Positions 41,201-59,457 of a stretch of DNA of 64,000 bases are shown in pieces (position 1 is the stretch's first letter; each line of letters opens with the position of its first letter). Origin of the DNA: the human T2T-CHM13v2.0 reference genome, Homo sapiens; assembly GCF_009914755.1 (NCBI RefSeq), contig NC_060933.1; one strand, written 5' to 3'. Made by a program: the position numbers and the translations under genes. Under the pieces are notes generated by a model that saw only the letters and a list, made by a program, of their open reading frames with translations, was not told the DNA's origin and ran no database searches.

Positions 41201-43343
41201 TGCAGACTCAATGGCTAGCACTTTTCTTGGACCATTTTAAATGTCGATTTTCATTTAGTCAAGATACACTATTGGAAGACCTCGCTGAGAATTCTATATA
41301 TAAACCAATCCCACAAATTAGAATCTACAAAAACCTTCTATGTTGAGACAAATTTTAGAATTATACAATATTATAATAGCCTAAATATTTGGGTATTCTT
41401 TTATAATTTACCATTTTCTTTGACGTTCAACATAATATTTTATCTTACCAACAGACTCGAGAAGAAACTATGTGAGGTATTATTTCCCACTTACTGATAA
41501 AGACATTGAGCCTCAAAGAGGTTTCAAAATAAATACTAGAGTTTACATTCTAGACTACCATGCATTCCTAAGCCTCAGAGAGCTCACTAAATTAAATGAT
41601 ATATTGTATAATTACAGATAAAACATTATCTAATAAGCAGTATCACGAGTTCATAAATACTGTATAGAACATGAGCGGATGGAATGTGCTTGGACCTCAA
41701 GCTGTCAGCATGCTACATTTCAATGCATGCAATTGTCAGTGGAGAAGTATCAACATACTGACTGGATATACAAAAAAAATTCAAAGCATATGGATGTTAT
41801 AAAACAGAGTATTATCAAATGCTAATAAATGTTCATTAACATCAATGAAAAGTTTACTGTTGTTTTAAAATTAAGACTCTACAAATATATAGTGAGTATT
41901 TCACTTTACTCAAATATTTTGTATTGCATTCAATCTTTAAGTCAAAACTATAAGATATGTGTTGCTATTCGACTGTACAGATGAATAAACTAAACCTTGA
42001 TAAAGGAAATAACAGCCCTATATCATCTAGATTGCAAATATGAAAATAAAATATGCATATTTTAATTATTTTTCTATATGTCACAAAATGTTAAACAAGC
42101 CCATGCTAGCTCCTAGATTCTGCGGGGCCATAGCATAAATGCTTTTTAACTTAAAAAGTAGTTCTTTGTATACTTTTTTTTTGACAATACTATTGAATCT
42201 GGTGTTCCACTATGCTAAATTAAAACAAACTGAACTTTTCTATGATACATTTAAAGAATATTTAGTGTGATTATTTTTAAAAATAATTTAATTTTCCTTT
42301 TTTTTCTGTGAAGTTAAAACTATTAGAATTTAAACTTTCTATATTACAAATGTGCAGTATGTTGGATTTAAGATAGCCAGACCCTTTTCCTTTAATAGGA
42401 GGATAAATCTTAGTTTTCTTTTCCTTTTGAAGAGCTGCCTGTGAGAGTCTTTGGATGGTGCTGGACTAAAGAAGGTCAGTTTTCCTTATCAGACTTGTTA
42501 AAACCAGCATCTTAAACTGCAGAGAAACAATTTTGGTAAACATGGCATTTTAATGCTGCATTCCTTGTTGGCTCAATAGAGGAAAGATTCACAGACTGAA
42601 AACAATCAATAGAAAGCAGCAGGCTAGTCAGCAGCTAATGTTCACTCTCTTTACAAGTCCCGATAAAAGCTTACATCAGCGAAGAAAGTCATGGCAACTG
42701 CAAAATCAAAAATAAAATGGCAATCTTCTGCTCTTAAAGTATCTGAAGCCACTTAATGGTCTTGTTAAATCTCTCCAGACTCCACATAATTCTGGATTAT
42801 TGCTTTCAAGTTTAGGGAACTATTTTCCAGCTTACCAACTCACCCGACATTGACTTATACTGATAGAGCATCTTCTAAACTTGATTCCATTTCATACTAT
42901 CTTCTGCCACTTTTCAGGAGAATCTGAAATTTTTCTAGTATAAATTGCTAAGGTAAAACATGGCAGAGTGAGTTCAGGTCTGGGAACAAGACTCAGCTCA
43001 TTTTCAGAAAGAAAATATCTTTACACCTGCTATGAATAAAGGATTTTACTGTGAATATTAACAGAATGTTATATAACTATGGTGTTATGTTTGCAAAAAC
43101 AATTGCAATGATAATAAATTTCAGTATTTTGTTATTCTCATTTTTAAAATTTTTGTTTGTGATTCAGTGGTTGTAATCTCCATAAAGACTCATTATATCT
43201 GTCAATGAAGAAAGTGTAATTTCTCCCTCCAGCCTGCCACACTGAGAGCTGTGTGACTCTGGAAAAGAAGAAGGCAATCAGCATTGCTTATCAGGCATTA
43301 ACTTCTAGCAGGTACTTACTGTTCTAGAGACTCATAATGCCAT

Positions 43344-43515
43344 CTCTTCTAGTTATGTTGAAATATACAGTACATTTTAAGGTAATTAATATCCTAACAA
43401 CCCAGATTTGATCATTCCAGATTGTATACTTGTATGAAAATATCACATGTACTCCATAAAAAGGTACAGTTATTATGTATTCATAAAACTTAAAAAATAA
43501 AACTATAATAAAATT
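43344..43515 (+). mobile_element. L1MA 3' end with a short inverted 5' piece
   Basis: cagatttgatcatt...tatcacatgtactccataaa plus A tail; 43344-43376 is antisense L1MA. Confidence 0.7.
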
Positions 43516-44690
43516 AAGAGGGAAAAATGCAATCTAGAGCAATTCTTACAACTTCCAGAAGCTCTAGGCATTAATAATATCTCTAATTTACAGATGATGA
43601 AAGTCAGGAGATCTAAGAACCTTAGTCAATTTACCCAGTGGTATAAAGAAAAAACACAACTCCTCTGGACATTTGTTTGTTCATCTGAATAAGTTAAACT
43701 AGGTTGCTGCTAATAATTTCTTTATTTTAAATCACTATCCTGAGTGGGGTGTGGGTGGAGAGCTTCACTGATATATTTATGAATCTAGATAAATTACTGA
43801 ATATATGAACATATAATTTGTGTCATCCGTTACATGGGCATTCATTACATGGGCAAAACTTAGTATCTATTAGATATTTGAAAACATATCTAACCCTATG
43901 ACCTTTGCTTTTCTTGCTCTGTTTAGAGTAAAACTTGCAGGAAATATGAAGTTATCTCTTCTAATTTGAAAGCTGTTTATTATTTTTTGAGATAGCTAAG
44001 AGGAAATTTTAATATAGAAAATTTAATTACTGAATGATCCAATTTCTGTCAGATGAAATGATAGTTATAATTATACAATAGAAATATTTTATTTTTTCAA
44101 AATATACTTACCAAGTGAAGATAAAGTCAATGTGATAAAGACTCAATAAAACTCATTTCAATCTATAATACAGATATAATCCATGTTATTTCAATGGCTT
44201 CCATTTGTTTTTGGATGCATACATGTTATATGCCTATTATCTATCCACGTAGTTACTGCATGTACAATTTGGTATGCTATTTTGTTGACTTCATATGAAA
44301 TTATGATAATTTTCTGAAAGAAGATGAATACATAAAAATAAAATATGCACATTTTAATTTTAATTATTCTTCTCTATGCCACAAAATAATGAACAATCCC
44401 ATGCTAATTCATGCAATGACATATTAATGAAAATATAATTTTAAAAAACTACTATTTTATAATATAAAAGCATACTATTTCATTTCACATCCCCAAGTTT
44501 ACACTATTGTGTTAACTTAATATTTCTGCTACCATAAGTTATTCCTAACACCATTGCAAATAAAATATCCCTATGGAAACTGCTTTGCAAGCAAAGACTG
44601 ATCAGCCATTCGCTAAAAAATAATCTCTCCCTCAACTGGGAAAAAGCATAGACTCAAAATTTTGTCTCTGATACACGGTAGCTTATAAGA

Positions 44691-47012
44691 GTGAGTTTAT
44701 TTCTGTTCTCTTAGTCTATATGTTTGTTATTATGCCAGTACCATACTGTTTTGATTATTGTTGCTTTATAAATATACTTTGAAATCAGAAAATGTGATAA
44801 CTCCAGCTTTGTTCTTCTTGCTCAGCAGTGCTTTGACCATTCAGTGTCTTTGTGGTTTCATACAAATTTTAGGATTGTTTTTTCAATTCCTTTAAAAAAA
44901 TGGCAAAATAGAAAATTTAACAATATTATCATTCCAATATTGGAACACAAGATTGCTTTCTATTTATGTGTGTCTCCTTTATTTCTTTCATCAGTTTTTA
45001 ATAATTTTTAGCATATAAGTCCTTCACATTTGTAGTTATATTTATTCGCTAATATTTTATTGTTTTTGATGCTATTTTAATGGAACTTTCCCATTGAAAT
45101 TCTTAATTTTTAAAAATTTCCTTCCTGGATTGGTCTAAAAAAGCACATCTGATTTTTGTGTGTTGACTTTTTTATCCTGTAACTTTGCAAAATTTGTTTA
45201 TTAATTCAGGCATTTTTGATAGAGTTTAAATTTTTTCATAGATAAGTTTATGTACTCTGCAAACTGAGATAATCTAACTTTTTCCTTTCTGATGTGAATG
45301 TTTTAAAAATTATTTTTCTGATGTAATTGTCTGGTCTAGGACTTCCAGTAATATGTTGAGTAGAAATGGTGAGAGTGAACTTAAATGGAAGACCTGAAAC
45401 TTTGGAACTCCTAGAATAAAACACAGGGGACAAGCCTTCTGACATTGGGCTATGGAGATGATTTCTTAGATATGACACCAAAAGTACAGGTAGTAAAAGC
45501 AAAAATAGACAAGTGCAATAACATCAAATTAAAAATCCTTCTGCACAAAAAAGAAAACAACAAAATGAAAAGGCAATCTAGAGAATGGGAGAAAATATTT
45601 CAAATTATATATTTGATAAAGGGTTAATATCCAAAATATGTAAGTAACTCACACAAATAAAAAAACAAAAGAAATAATAACCTGATTAAAAATGAGCAAA
45701 ATAACTGAAGAGACATTTCTCAAAAGAAAACATACAATACAGCCAATTGGACATGTGAAAAGGTGCTCAGGCCAGGCACGGTGGCTAACGCCTGTAATCC
45801 CAGCACTTTGGGAGGCCGAGGCGGGTGGATCATTTGAGGTCGGGAGTTGGAGACCAGCCTGACCAACATGGCGAAACACCATCTCTACTAAAATCACAGA
45901 AATTAGCTGGGCATAGTGGCGGGCACCTGTAATCCCAGCTACTCGGGAGGCTGAGGCATGAGAATCGCTTGAACCCGGGAGGCAGAGGTTGCAGTGAGCC
46001 CTCGGCCATTGCACTCCAGCATGGGCAATGGGATGAGACCCTGTCTCAAACAAAAAAAAAAAAAAAAAAAAGAAAAAAGAAAAGTTGTTCAATATCACTA
46101 ATTTTAGGGAAATGGAATTCAAAACCATGATGAGATATCGTCTCTCCCCTGTTAATATGAATAATACGAAAAAACAAATTATAACAATTGTTGGTGAGGA
46201 TAGAGTAAAGGAAATCTTTTTGTGGGAATGTAATTGGTATAGTTACTATGGAAAACAGTATGGAGGTTCCTCAAAACATTAAAAATAGAACTACCACATA
46301 ATCCAGCAATCCCACTAGTGGGTATGTATCCAAAGAAATTAAAATTGGGATCTTGAATAGATGTTTAAACATCCATATTTACTGCCACATTATTCACAAC
46401 AGCCCAAACAGGGAAGCTACCAAATGTCCACTGAAGGATAAATGCATAAACGAAATGTGGTATATACATGAAATGCAATATTGTTCAGCTTCAGAAAGAA
46501 GGAAATTCTATCATTTGATAATATGGATGAACCTGAAGAACATTATACTAAGTGAACTCAGGCAGACCCAGGAAATACAAATATTACATGATATCACACA
46601 TATTAGGAATATCAAATAGTCAAATTTCTAAAAGCGGAGAGTGGAATATTTGTTGCCAGAAGCTGGGGGGAGCAGAAAATGAGAGTTATTAGTCAAAGGA
46701 TACAAAGTTTGAATTATAGAAGATGAATATGTCCTAGGAATCTACTGTACAGTGTCATGCCTGTAGTTAACGCCATAGCAATATAGATGTAAATTAATAT
46801 AGATATTATAGAATAATAGTATATTGTATACCTGAAATTTTGCTGAGGATGTATTTCATGTTAAGTGTTCTTCTCATAAAGTAAAAATACTAATAAATAG
46901 AGTGCGAAGACATTTTTGAGGTAAATATGTTTATGGCATATGTTTTGGTGATGGTTTCATGGGAATATACTTATTTCCAAGTTCATCAAGTTGCATACAT
47001 TAAATATGTATA
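44691..47012 (+). mobile_element. L1MB2-like element with 5' inversion (44691-45377 antisense, 45378-47012 sense)
   Basis: Antisense ORF2 up to gagagtg|aacttaaatg, then sense ORF2 and a 3'UTR ending catacattaaatatgta. Confidence 0.8.
45770..46078 (+). mobile_element. AluSq/Sp-like
   Basis: Full dimer; TSD gaaaaggtgctca / gaaaagttgttca. Confidence 0.9.
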
Positions 47013-47470
47013 TCTACAGGACAGTGGCAAACATATTAGATAGGGTTCCTTTATTCACTACACCACTGTTAGAGGTTCTCCTATTGTTAACCTTTTTTGT
47101 GAATATGATTCACTTGTCACCATTAAATAAGTAATACATTATTATTAATAAACAATATATTATTAAATTATTATTAACTTAAAAGTTACTGTTGCTCTGC
47201 ATGCTGACCAGTAATTGATAATGTTAGTTTGTTTAGATGTTAACAATGTGTGGCAGTATCTTTTTTTCACTAAAGTTTTTACCTATTTTCTTATTATTTT
47301 TGCATGTCTGGTGTACATTTGTCAATTTCGTTAGTTTGAGCTTTTCAGAGTCACTTTAGTTTAGACATATTCTTCGAATACAGAATATATTGCAGCCATG
47401 ATTCATGAAACAAACAAAATCTTTTTTTTCTTTTAATAGGCAAGTTGAGCTCATTAATATGACTGACATA

Positions 47471-48137
47471 CCGTTGACCCTTGAACAACACAGACTTGAA
47501 CTGTATAGGTTCAATTATATGCAGATTTTCTTCTACCTCTGCCACCACTGAAACAGCAACAGCAAGACCAACTCCTCCTTTTCCTCCTCCTAAGCCTACT
47601 CAACATAAAGACAATGAGGATGAAGATCTTTATAATGACCCACTTCCACTTGATGAAGAGTAAATATATTTTCTTTCTTATGATATTAAGTTTTTTCTCA
47701 AACTTGTTTTATTATGAGTACAGTATAAAATACATACACCATACAAAGTATGTGTTAATTCATAGACACATGTGTACTTGAAGATGGACGGTGGGAGCAG
47801 GGAGGGGATTGAAAAACTGTCTGTTGGGTACTATGCTTATTACCTGGCGATGAAATAATCTGTACTCCAAACCCCCATGACATGCAATTTACCTATATAA
47901 CAAACCTGCACAAGAACCAATTACCCTTGAACCTAAAATGAACTTTACAAAACAAACCAATAAACAAACAACATAACAAAGTGTGTGTTAATGTATTGTT
48001 TGTTATCAGAAAGGCTTCCAGTCAAGAGTAACTCTTAGTAGTTGAGTTTTGGGAAGTGGGGGCAAAACTTACACACAGATTTTTCACTGTATGAGTGGTT
48101 GTTGCCTCTACCTCCCATGTTGTTCAAGGATCAACTG
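47471..48137 (-). mobile_element. Tigger2a interrupted by an L1 3' end
   Basis: TIRs ccgttgacccttgaacaaca / tgttgttcaaggatcaactg, TA flanks. Confidence 0.88.
47761..47975 (+). mobile_element. L1PA15/16-like 3' end
   Basis: gatgaaataatctgtac...aaacccccatgaca...; 17-bp TSD acaaagt(a/g)tgtgttaat at 47743-47759 and 47976-47992. Confidence 0.85.
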
Positions 48138-50727
48138 TAATTAACTTAGCTCTGTTACTTAATAATATTTTATATGATTTTCATTGGCCATGTTATTGGC
48201 TCTATGATGTTGTGTGACTACTGTATTTTTAAAAAATTATTGTATTTAGAAAGGTTTTAATATTTGTTTTAATGCCTATTTATACGTATAAATGTCATTA
48301 GACATCTATATTCTTATGTAACTTCTTATCTGCTGGTTTGCCAAGTTTAATTGTGTACTTTACTTCCCATACATTTGCTATCCAATAACGTGCTTTTACA
48401 ATTGTCTTTTTTACTTTCCCTTCTTCTCCCATTGTTTACATGCATTATTTCTAGTTTTGAATAGCATAACGTTGATACATTGTTCTTCCAATTTTATTCT
48501 CATTTTATTTTTAACCTTAGATCTATCTTGATATATATTTAAATGTTCACATCAGTCCTCTCATTGAAGTTTGTCTAGTCATTTTTGGCTGAATGATGCT
48601 TAACCTCTAATAGTTCCTGTGGAAGGGTATATAGAACACTGTATGTTCATGCATGTCCAAAAATGTTCTATAGTATGATAATTAAAGGAGATTTGGGATA
48701 AAAAAAGACATCTTAACTCATATTTTAAATCTTTTATTTACGTTTTTTTGAAATATTGATCCATTGTGGTCTTGTTTTACGTGATGATTTGAAATGTCTG
48801 ATGCCATTCTGATTCTTTTGCCTTAGTAAATTATCCTCATCACCATCCCAACCCCTGAGAAAACTTATCGAGAACACCAAGAAAAAGAAAAATAGGATAC
48901 TTTTCTTTATAATTGTATTCAAATACTTGTACTAGGCTGTGCTTCAGAGTTGATTGAATTTAATTTGCCTGTCTATCTGATGGGTCCTTTTAAGATGTAG
49001 GCTTAGGTTTTCTTTTTTTTTGAAAAGTGTTCTTGGGTACAGTTTTACATTCTAGTGATATCCATTGTTTGTTTTTCTTCTTCAGAGACCCCAGTTATAC
49101 GAAAATTATTTCTTCTTTGTTCATTTTCCATTATCGAGATGTTCTGTTCTATAATTAATGCTTCATTCTTTATCTCACTTTAAATTTCTACCTGCTTTCT
49201 TGCAGATTAAATATTTCTTTTTTATGTTTCTTATTTTTCTCAACTACTCTTTATATCTTCATTTTTTATTGATTTATTTTCTACTTATTAATTCAAATTT
49301 CAGGGTAGTTTTCAAATACCCAAAATGCTTAGGGTATAATTTTACAATTTTCTTTTACTTGATGTTTGGGGGAATGGGAAAGACTCTCATTGGTTGATGG
49401 GTCTTTAAATGATTTTCTGATTTTTATTGATAACTTTTAAAAGACATATTGAGTTAAAAATTAATATTGTAATTTCTTGGTAGTTTACAATATTTTTAGT
49501 TCAAGGACACCCTCTTCTTACATTGTTGCAAAGTCTAAACTCTTGGACTAGATTGTGGGTTATGTTTTGTTTTTTTTCAAGTGGGGAGAGAGGTTATGTG
49601 TCAGCATTTTTCCTTTCTTGTTTGTCTTGTAGAACACCTAAAGTGTCCTTTTTGCTTCTCTTCCCCATTAACCATCAAATTGCCAGAGGAGGCCTCCCTT
49701 GTCTTTTTTTTTTTTTTTTTCTCTGCCTCAAACTTCAAATCACATTTACATGGAAGCTCTTTTCATACAGTCCAGGCTCTTACATAGCCATATGCATTTT
49801 TAATATTTTTAATCTCGCAGTGGACCTAGTGATTCTGTGATCTGTCATTAGCTCCCCATTTCTGTCTTCCTTGCTTTATTTTTTTAAGTACTTTTGTTCA
49901 CAATGAATACTTGTGGTTGGGTGGATATACCAGGATCTGGTGCTATTTCCTTTATTTACTTTCAGTTACTTCTATATTTGGGCATTCTATGACCTTAGGT
50001 TATGCTGAGTCAGTATGTATTTGTTCTTTTTATTATTCTGTATTTTTGTAGAAAATACTGAGAGTTATGAGGAAGGATTGGATAAACCCTCTTAAGAAAT
50101 ATATCTGCAAAGTCTGTCTCTGTGTATCCTTTTATTATACATCTCTATCTTTCTGTTTTCATACTTTAGCGGGGTTTGTTTTGGTTTTGCTCATACAATC
50201 AGTTCTCACATTTGGCTTTTACCTTACTGGGTACTTGAAATATTTTTACTGCCTCCAGTATAATTTTGTGCTCAGTAGTATTCTGTTTTTAGACAAATTA
50301 TCTGGATATTTATCATCCTGTTTCCAGTTCCATAACCCTAGTATATTCTCCATTCAGTTGAAAGTTTAAATAATAATTCCAAATATAAAAATTTTTTCTT
50401 GTTTTTTTAATATGTATATTTCTGAGAAGAGAATAAAATTTTTCTTATTTTTTGGTATTGTTACCTCTTATTTACTTGCAGTATCTTTGATAGGTTTGCT
50501 GATTTTTATCTTTTTATTTTAGAGACATTTCCTTGATTGTGATTTTCTGTTTATTATATCTGACTACTCTGGGGCAAAAGATTGCTATTCTTTCGTTACA
50601 TATTTTATAACTTTATGTAACGAGGGAAAATCTAAGATGACACTTTTGCAGAGAAAATTATGTTCTAAATTTAGTTCTGGTATTCAACTGAAATGACTGA
50701 GTCTTTTCCTCAGGTTACAATCATTGA

Positions 50728-51115
<388 letters not shown>

Positions 51116-52632
51116 TGTCCAAATATTCTTGATTCTACATAACTAGACATCATTTCTCATGTTCAGAGACACTTCTAAGCATAATTCATCCTTAGAAAGA
51201 TCCGGAACCATTGGGACCAGAAACCTTTCTTCCTTGTAATAAAATTTCCCTATGTAACAGGAAGTAAGATATTTTGAAACTTTAAAATAACAGAAATTAT
51301 TTTAACACTCTCTTTTAAAAACAATAAAAATTTCTCTACAAGTAATTTTTAAATAAAAGGAATATTTGCCTTAAGGTAATTTTCTTTTAATGTTTATATC
51401 GTGTAGTAAGGAACAACTTCTCTGCTACAGAAGAAAAAACACATACATTTGACTTGTAGGTGCCACCCCTTGACCAGTGAGCTGAATTATGCAATCTTAG
51501 TTTTGCCATGTATTCAAACAATAATACATTTTATGATTTTTAATAGTTTGAAAATTGTGATTATTTTCATCTGTGAAAAAAATGAAACAGAAACTTTTAA
51601 AATAATTCAACCAAATATTGGATTATCACCGCCCAGTGCTCTGTGATCATCCCTCAAAAATTATGGCATAAAGAGAATTACATTGTCAATGCATTCTTAC
51701 CAAATGAGCATGAATTATGATAATGAGAAGATTAGAATAATATGAATCTCTCATTTAATTTTCTATTTTTCTACATTTAAAATGTAAATTATAAAACCCA
51801 GTAGAGACACTTTCATAATACTACATATATACATTGGAAACTTTCAAATACAAGTGTTAATATAGGGTAGACAGCCCTACTCTCATTTCCTATCTTTAAT
51901 TTTCTCATTTAGTGATGCCCATGCATCCTGAAGAAAGCTGTTCAAGATGCCACAACTCCACTGGTAAAACAAAAGATATCTATACATAGACTTTCCATTG
52001 CCTCTTTTACATTTTAGCAGCTGGCATAGGCAGATGTTTGCTGTTTCTTTCTTTTTTTTTTTTCTGGCATTTTATTGAAAGGAACAATAAAAAGGCTGTA
52101 GCTCAATCAAAAACCTGTGTTTTCTATCATTTGCTTAACTGCAAGCCGAGGTAGAGAGTTGAAATCTTAAATTTACAACTAAAAATCAAAATACCAGATG
52201 GTTTTATAACTGGATATTTCTTTTCCCCTAGAGCAAACCAGACTTTCTGAAAGATGAAGATACAAGCTAAAAATATCTATGGATGTAATATCCAATCCCT
52301 GTACGTACTTGAAAGCAGGTAACTTGAAAGAAAAAAAAAGAAGGGAAAAATACCCATTCGTTTAATTATTGAAAACTGTAGACTTAGCAAACTTACACCT
52401 GTGTGAGTCATTGTGTATTGGTTTATGGTCAGCCATTTTGAATATTTTATTTAACATAATAAATCATAATTTTTGAAAAAAGTATATATTTAAGTAAATC
52501 TTATGGCATTTTAGATTTCATTTGAGGTAATAATGGCAATACAATTATAAATTTTAGTTAGGATATTTTACCAAGAACACAAGATAGTAAAACAAAATCA
52601 AAGAAAAATATTATATTAAATTAAAGATAATT

Positions 52633-53540
52633 GGGGGGAGGAGCCAAGATGGCCGAATAGGAACAGCTCCGGTCTACAGCTCCCAGCATGAGCGACACAG
52701 AAGATGGGTGATTTCTGCATTTCCATCTGAGGTACCAGGTTCATCTCACTAGGGAGTGCCAGACAGTGGGTGCAGGTCAGTGGGTGCGCGCACCGTGCGC
52801 CAGCAGAAGCAGGGCGAGGCATTGCCTCACTCAGGAAGTGCAGGGGGTCAGGGAGTTCCCTTTCCTAGTCAAAGAAAGGAGTGACAGACAGCACTTGGAA
52901 AATCGGGTCACTCCCACCCAAATACTGCGCTTTTCTGACAGGCTTAAAAAATGGCGCACCAGGAGATTATATCCCGCACCTGGCTCAGAGGGTCCTAGGA
53001 CCACGGAGTCTCACTGATTGCTAGCACAGCAGTCTGAGATCAAACTGCAAGGCAGCAGCGAGGCTGGGGGAGGGGTGCCAGCCATTGCCCAGGCTTGCTT
53101 AGGTAAACAAAGCAGCCGGGAAGCTCGAACTGGGTGGAGTCCACAACAGCTCAAGGAGGCCTGCCTGCCTCTGTAGGCTCCACCTCTGGGGGCAGGGTAC
53201 AGACAAACAAAAAGACAGCAGTAACCTCTGCAGACTTAAATGTCCCTGTCTGACAGCTTTGAAGAGAGCAGTGGTTCTCCCAGCACACAGCTGGAGACCT
53301 GAGAACAGGCAGACTGCCTCCTCAAGTGGGTCCCTGACCCCTGACCCCCGAGCAGCCTAACTGGGAGGCACCCCCCAGCAGGGGCAGACTGACACCTCAC
53401 ACGGCCGGGTACTCCAACAGACCTGCAGCTGAGGGTCCTGTCTGTTAGAAGGAAAACTAACAAACAGAAAGAACATCCACACCAAAAACCCATCTGTACA
53501 TCACCATCATCAAAGACCAAAAGAAGATAAAACCACAAAG
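52633..53540 (+). promoter_or_regulatory. L1 5'UTR internal promoter (YY1 site caagatggcc; antisense promoter region)
   Basis: Intact 908-nt 5'UTR with partial CpG decay. Confidence 0.7.
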
Positions 53541-54558
53541 ATGGGGAAAAAACAGCGCAGAAAAACTGGAAACTCTAAAAAGTAGAGCGCCTCTCCTCCT
53601 CCAAAGGAACACAGTTCCTCACCAGCAGCGGAACAAAGCTGGACGGAGAATGACTTTGACGAGCTGAGAGAAGAAGGCTTTAGACGATCAAATTACTCCG
53701 AGCTACAGGAGGACATTCAAACCAAAGGCAAAGAAGTTGAAAACTTTGAAGAAAAATTAGAAGAATGTATAACTAGAATAACCAATACAGAGAAGTACTT
53801 AAAGGAGCTGATGCAACTGAAAACCAAGGCTCGAGAACTACGTGAAGAATGCAGAAGCCTCAGGAGCCGATGCGATCAACTCAAAGAAAGGGTATCAGCG
53901 ATGGAAGATGAAATGAATGAAATGAAGCGAGAAGGGAAGTTTAGAGAAAAAAGAACAAAAAGAAATGAGCAAAGCCTCCAAGAAATATGCGACCATGTGA
54001 AAAGAGCAAATCTACGTCTGATTGGTGTACCTGAAAGTGACAGGGAGAATGGAACCAAGTTGGAAAACACTCTGCAGGATATTGTCCAGGAGAACTTCCC
54101 CAGTCTAGCAAGGCAGGCCAACATTCAGATTCAGGAAATACAGAGAATGCCACAAAGATACTCCTCGAGAAGAGCAACTCCAAGACACATAATTGTCAGA
54201 TTCACCAAAGTTGAAATGAAGGAAAAAATGTTAAAGGCAGCCAGAGAGAAAGGTCGGGTTACCCTCAAAGGGAAGCCCATCAGACTAACAGCGGATCTCT
54301 CGGCAGAAACTCTACAAGCCAGAAGAGAGTGGGGGCCAATATTCAACATTCTTAAAGAAAAGAATTTTTCAACCGAGAATTTCATATCCAGCCAAACTAA
54401 GCTTCACAAGTGAAGGAGAAATAAAATACTTTACAGACAAGCAAATGCTGAGAGATTTTGTCACCACCAGGCCTGCCCTAAAAGAGCTCCTGAAGGAAGC
54501 GCTAAACATGGAAAGGAACAACCAGTACCAGCCCCTGCAAAATCATGCCAAAATGTAA
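53541..54558 (+). pseudogene. L1 ORF1p, disrupted
   Basis: ATG GGG AAA AAA at 53541; TAG at codon 15 (53583-53585); +1 frameshift near 54365. Confidence 0.92.
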
Positions 54559-54621
54559 AGACCATCGACATTAGGAAGAAACTGCATCAACTAACGAGCA
54601 ACATAACCAGCTAACATCATA

Positions 54622-58445
<3,824 letters not shown>

Positions 58446-58782
58446 ACAATGAGAACACATGGACACAGGAAGGGGAACATCACATTCTGGGGACTGTTGT
58501 GGGGTGGGGGGAGGGGGGGAGGGATAGCACTGGGAGATATACCTAATGCTAGATGACGAGTTAGTGGGTGCAGCACACCAGCATGGCACATGTATACATA
58601 TGTAACTAACCTGCACATTGTGCACATGTACCCTGAAACTTTAAGTATAATATAAAATAAATACATAAATAAATTAATTAATTAATTAAAGATAATCATC
58701 ATCTTTGCCACATACAAGGTCCAGTAAAATAATAATTAACCAAAATTAAGAATGTTATATTTATGGTTTCAAATTTGCCTTT

Positions 58783-59283
58783 CGTGGTGTGCTGAATAAT
58801 GCCCACCCCTCCATAACCAGATTCTAATCTATAGAACATGTGCATATTACTTTGTACAGCAAAAAAGACTTTGCATATGTGATTAAATTAAGGATTTTGA
58901 AATAGAGAGATTATCTTCTATTAGCTGCATGGCACAAAATATATTCACAAACATTAGAGAGGGAGGTATAAGCAGCTTTAACTACAAAGATAGAGGACAA
59001 TGTGACTACTGCAGCAAGATGCTATGCTACTGGCATAGAAGTCGGAGGAAAGGGCTGCAAGCCAAAGAATTCAGGTGGCCGTAAGAAGCTAGAAATGTCA
59101 AAGGGACTTTCTCCCAAAGCCTCCAGAGAGGGAGTGAAAGTGGCTCTGCTGAACTTTGATTTTGGTCCAGTGAAACTGATTTTGGCCTTCTAATCTGTGG
59201 AACTGTAAAAGAATGTGTGCTGTTTTACACCATCAAGTCTGTAGTTATTTATTATATTAGAGCAGACACATAAAACTAATATA
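58783..59283 (+). mobile_element. MLT1D-type MaLR solo LTR
   Basis: gactttgcatatgtgattaaattaagg; ccagtgaaactgattttgg; aaactaatata. Confidence 0.8.
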
Positions 59284-59457
59284 GTGTTTAAAACAAAAAA
59301 TTACTTTTAGTAGCTTTTACGTTCATGAAGATTACAAAACATTTTTTAAAGTATTATAATGCCTAATTTATTTAGAGACTAAAACATAAATATTTCTTCT
59401 AAAAGAATTTTTATATGACTGAACTCAGCATAAAAAGCAACAGACACATATAACCAC

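Larger units (their letters stand above)
47150..50560 (-). mobile_element. Ancient L1ME antisense remnants
   Basis: T-rich degenerate L1 motifs (ttttaataggcaagttgagctcatt; aaatgtctgatgccattctgattctt); boundaries approximate. Confidence 0.5.

Noticed and set aside
45649-46128. 159-aa ORF and the other Alu ORFs (6345, 7648, 13106, 16931, 59757, 63312)
   Set aside because: Standard translations of antisense Alu sequence.
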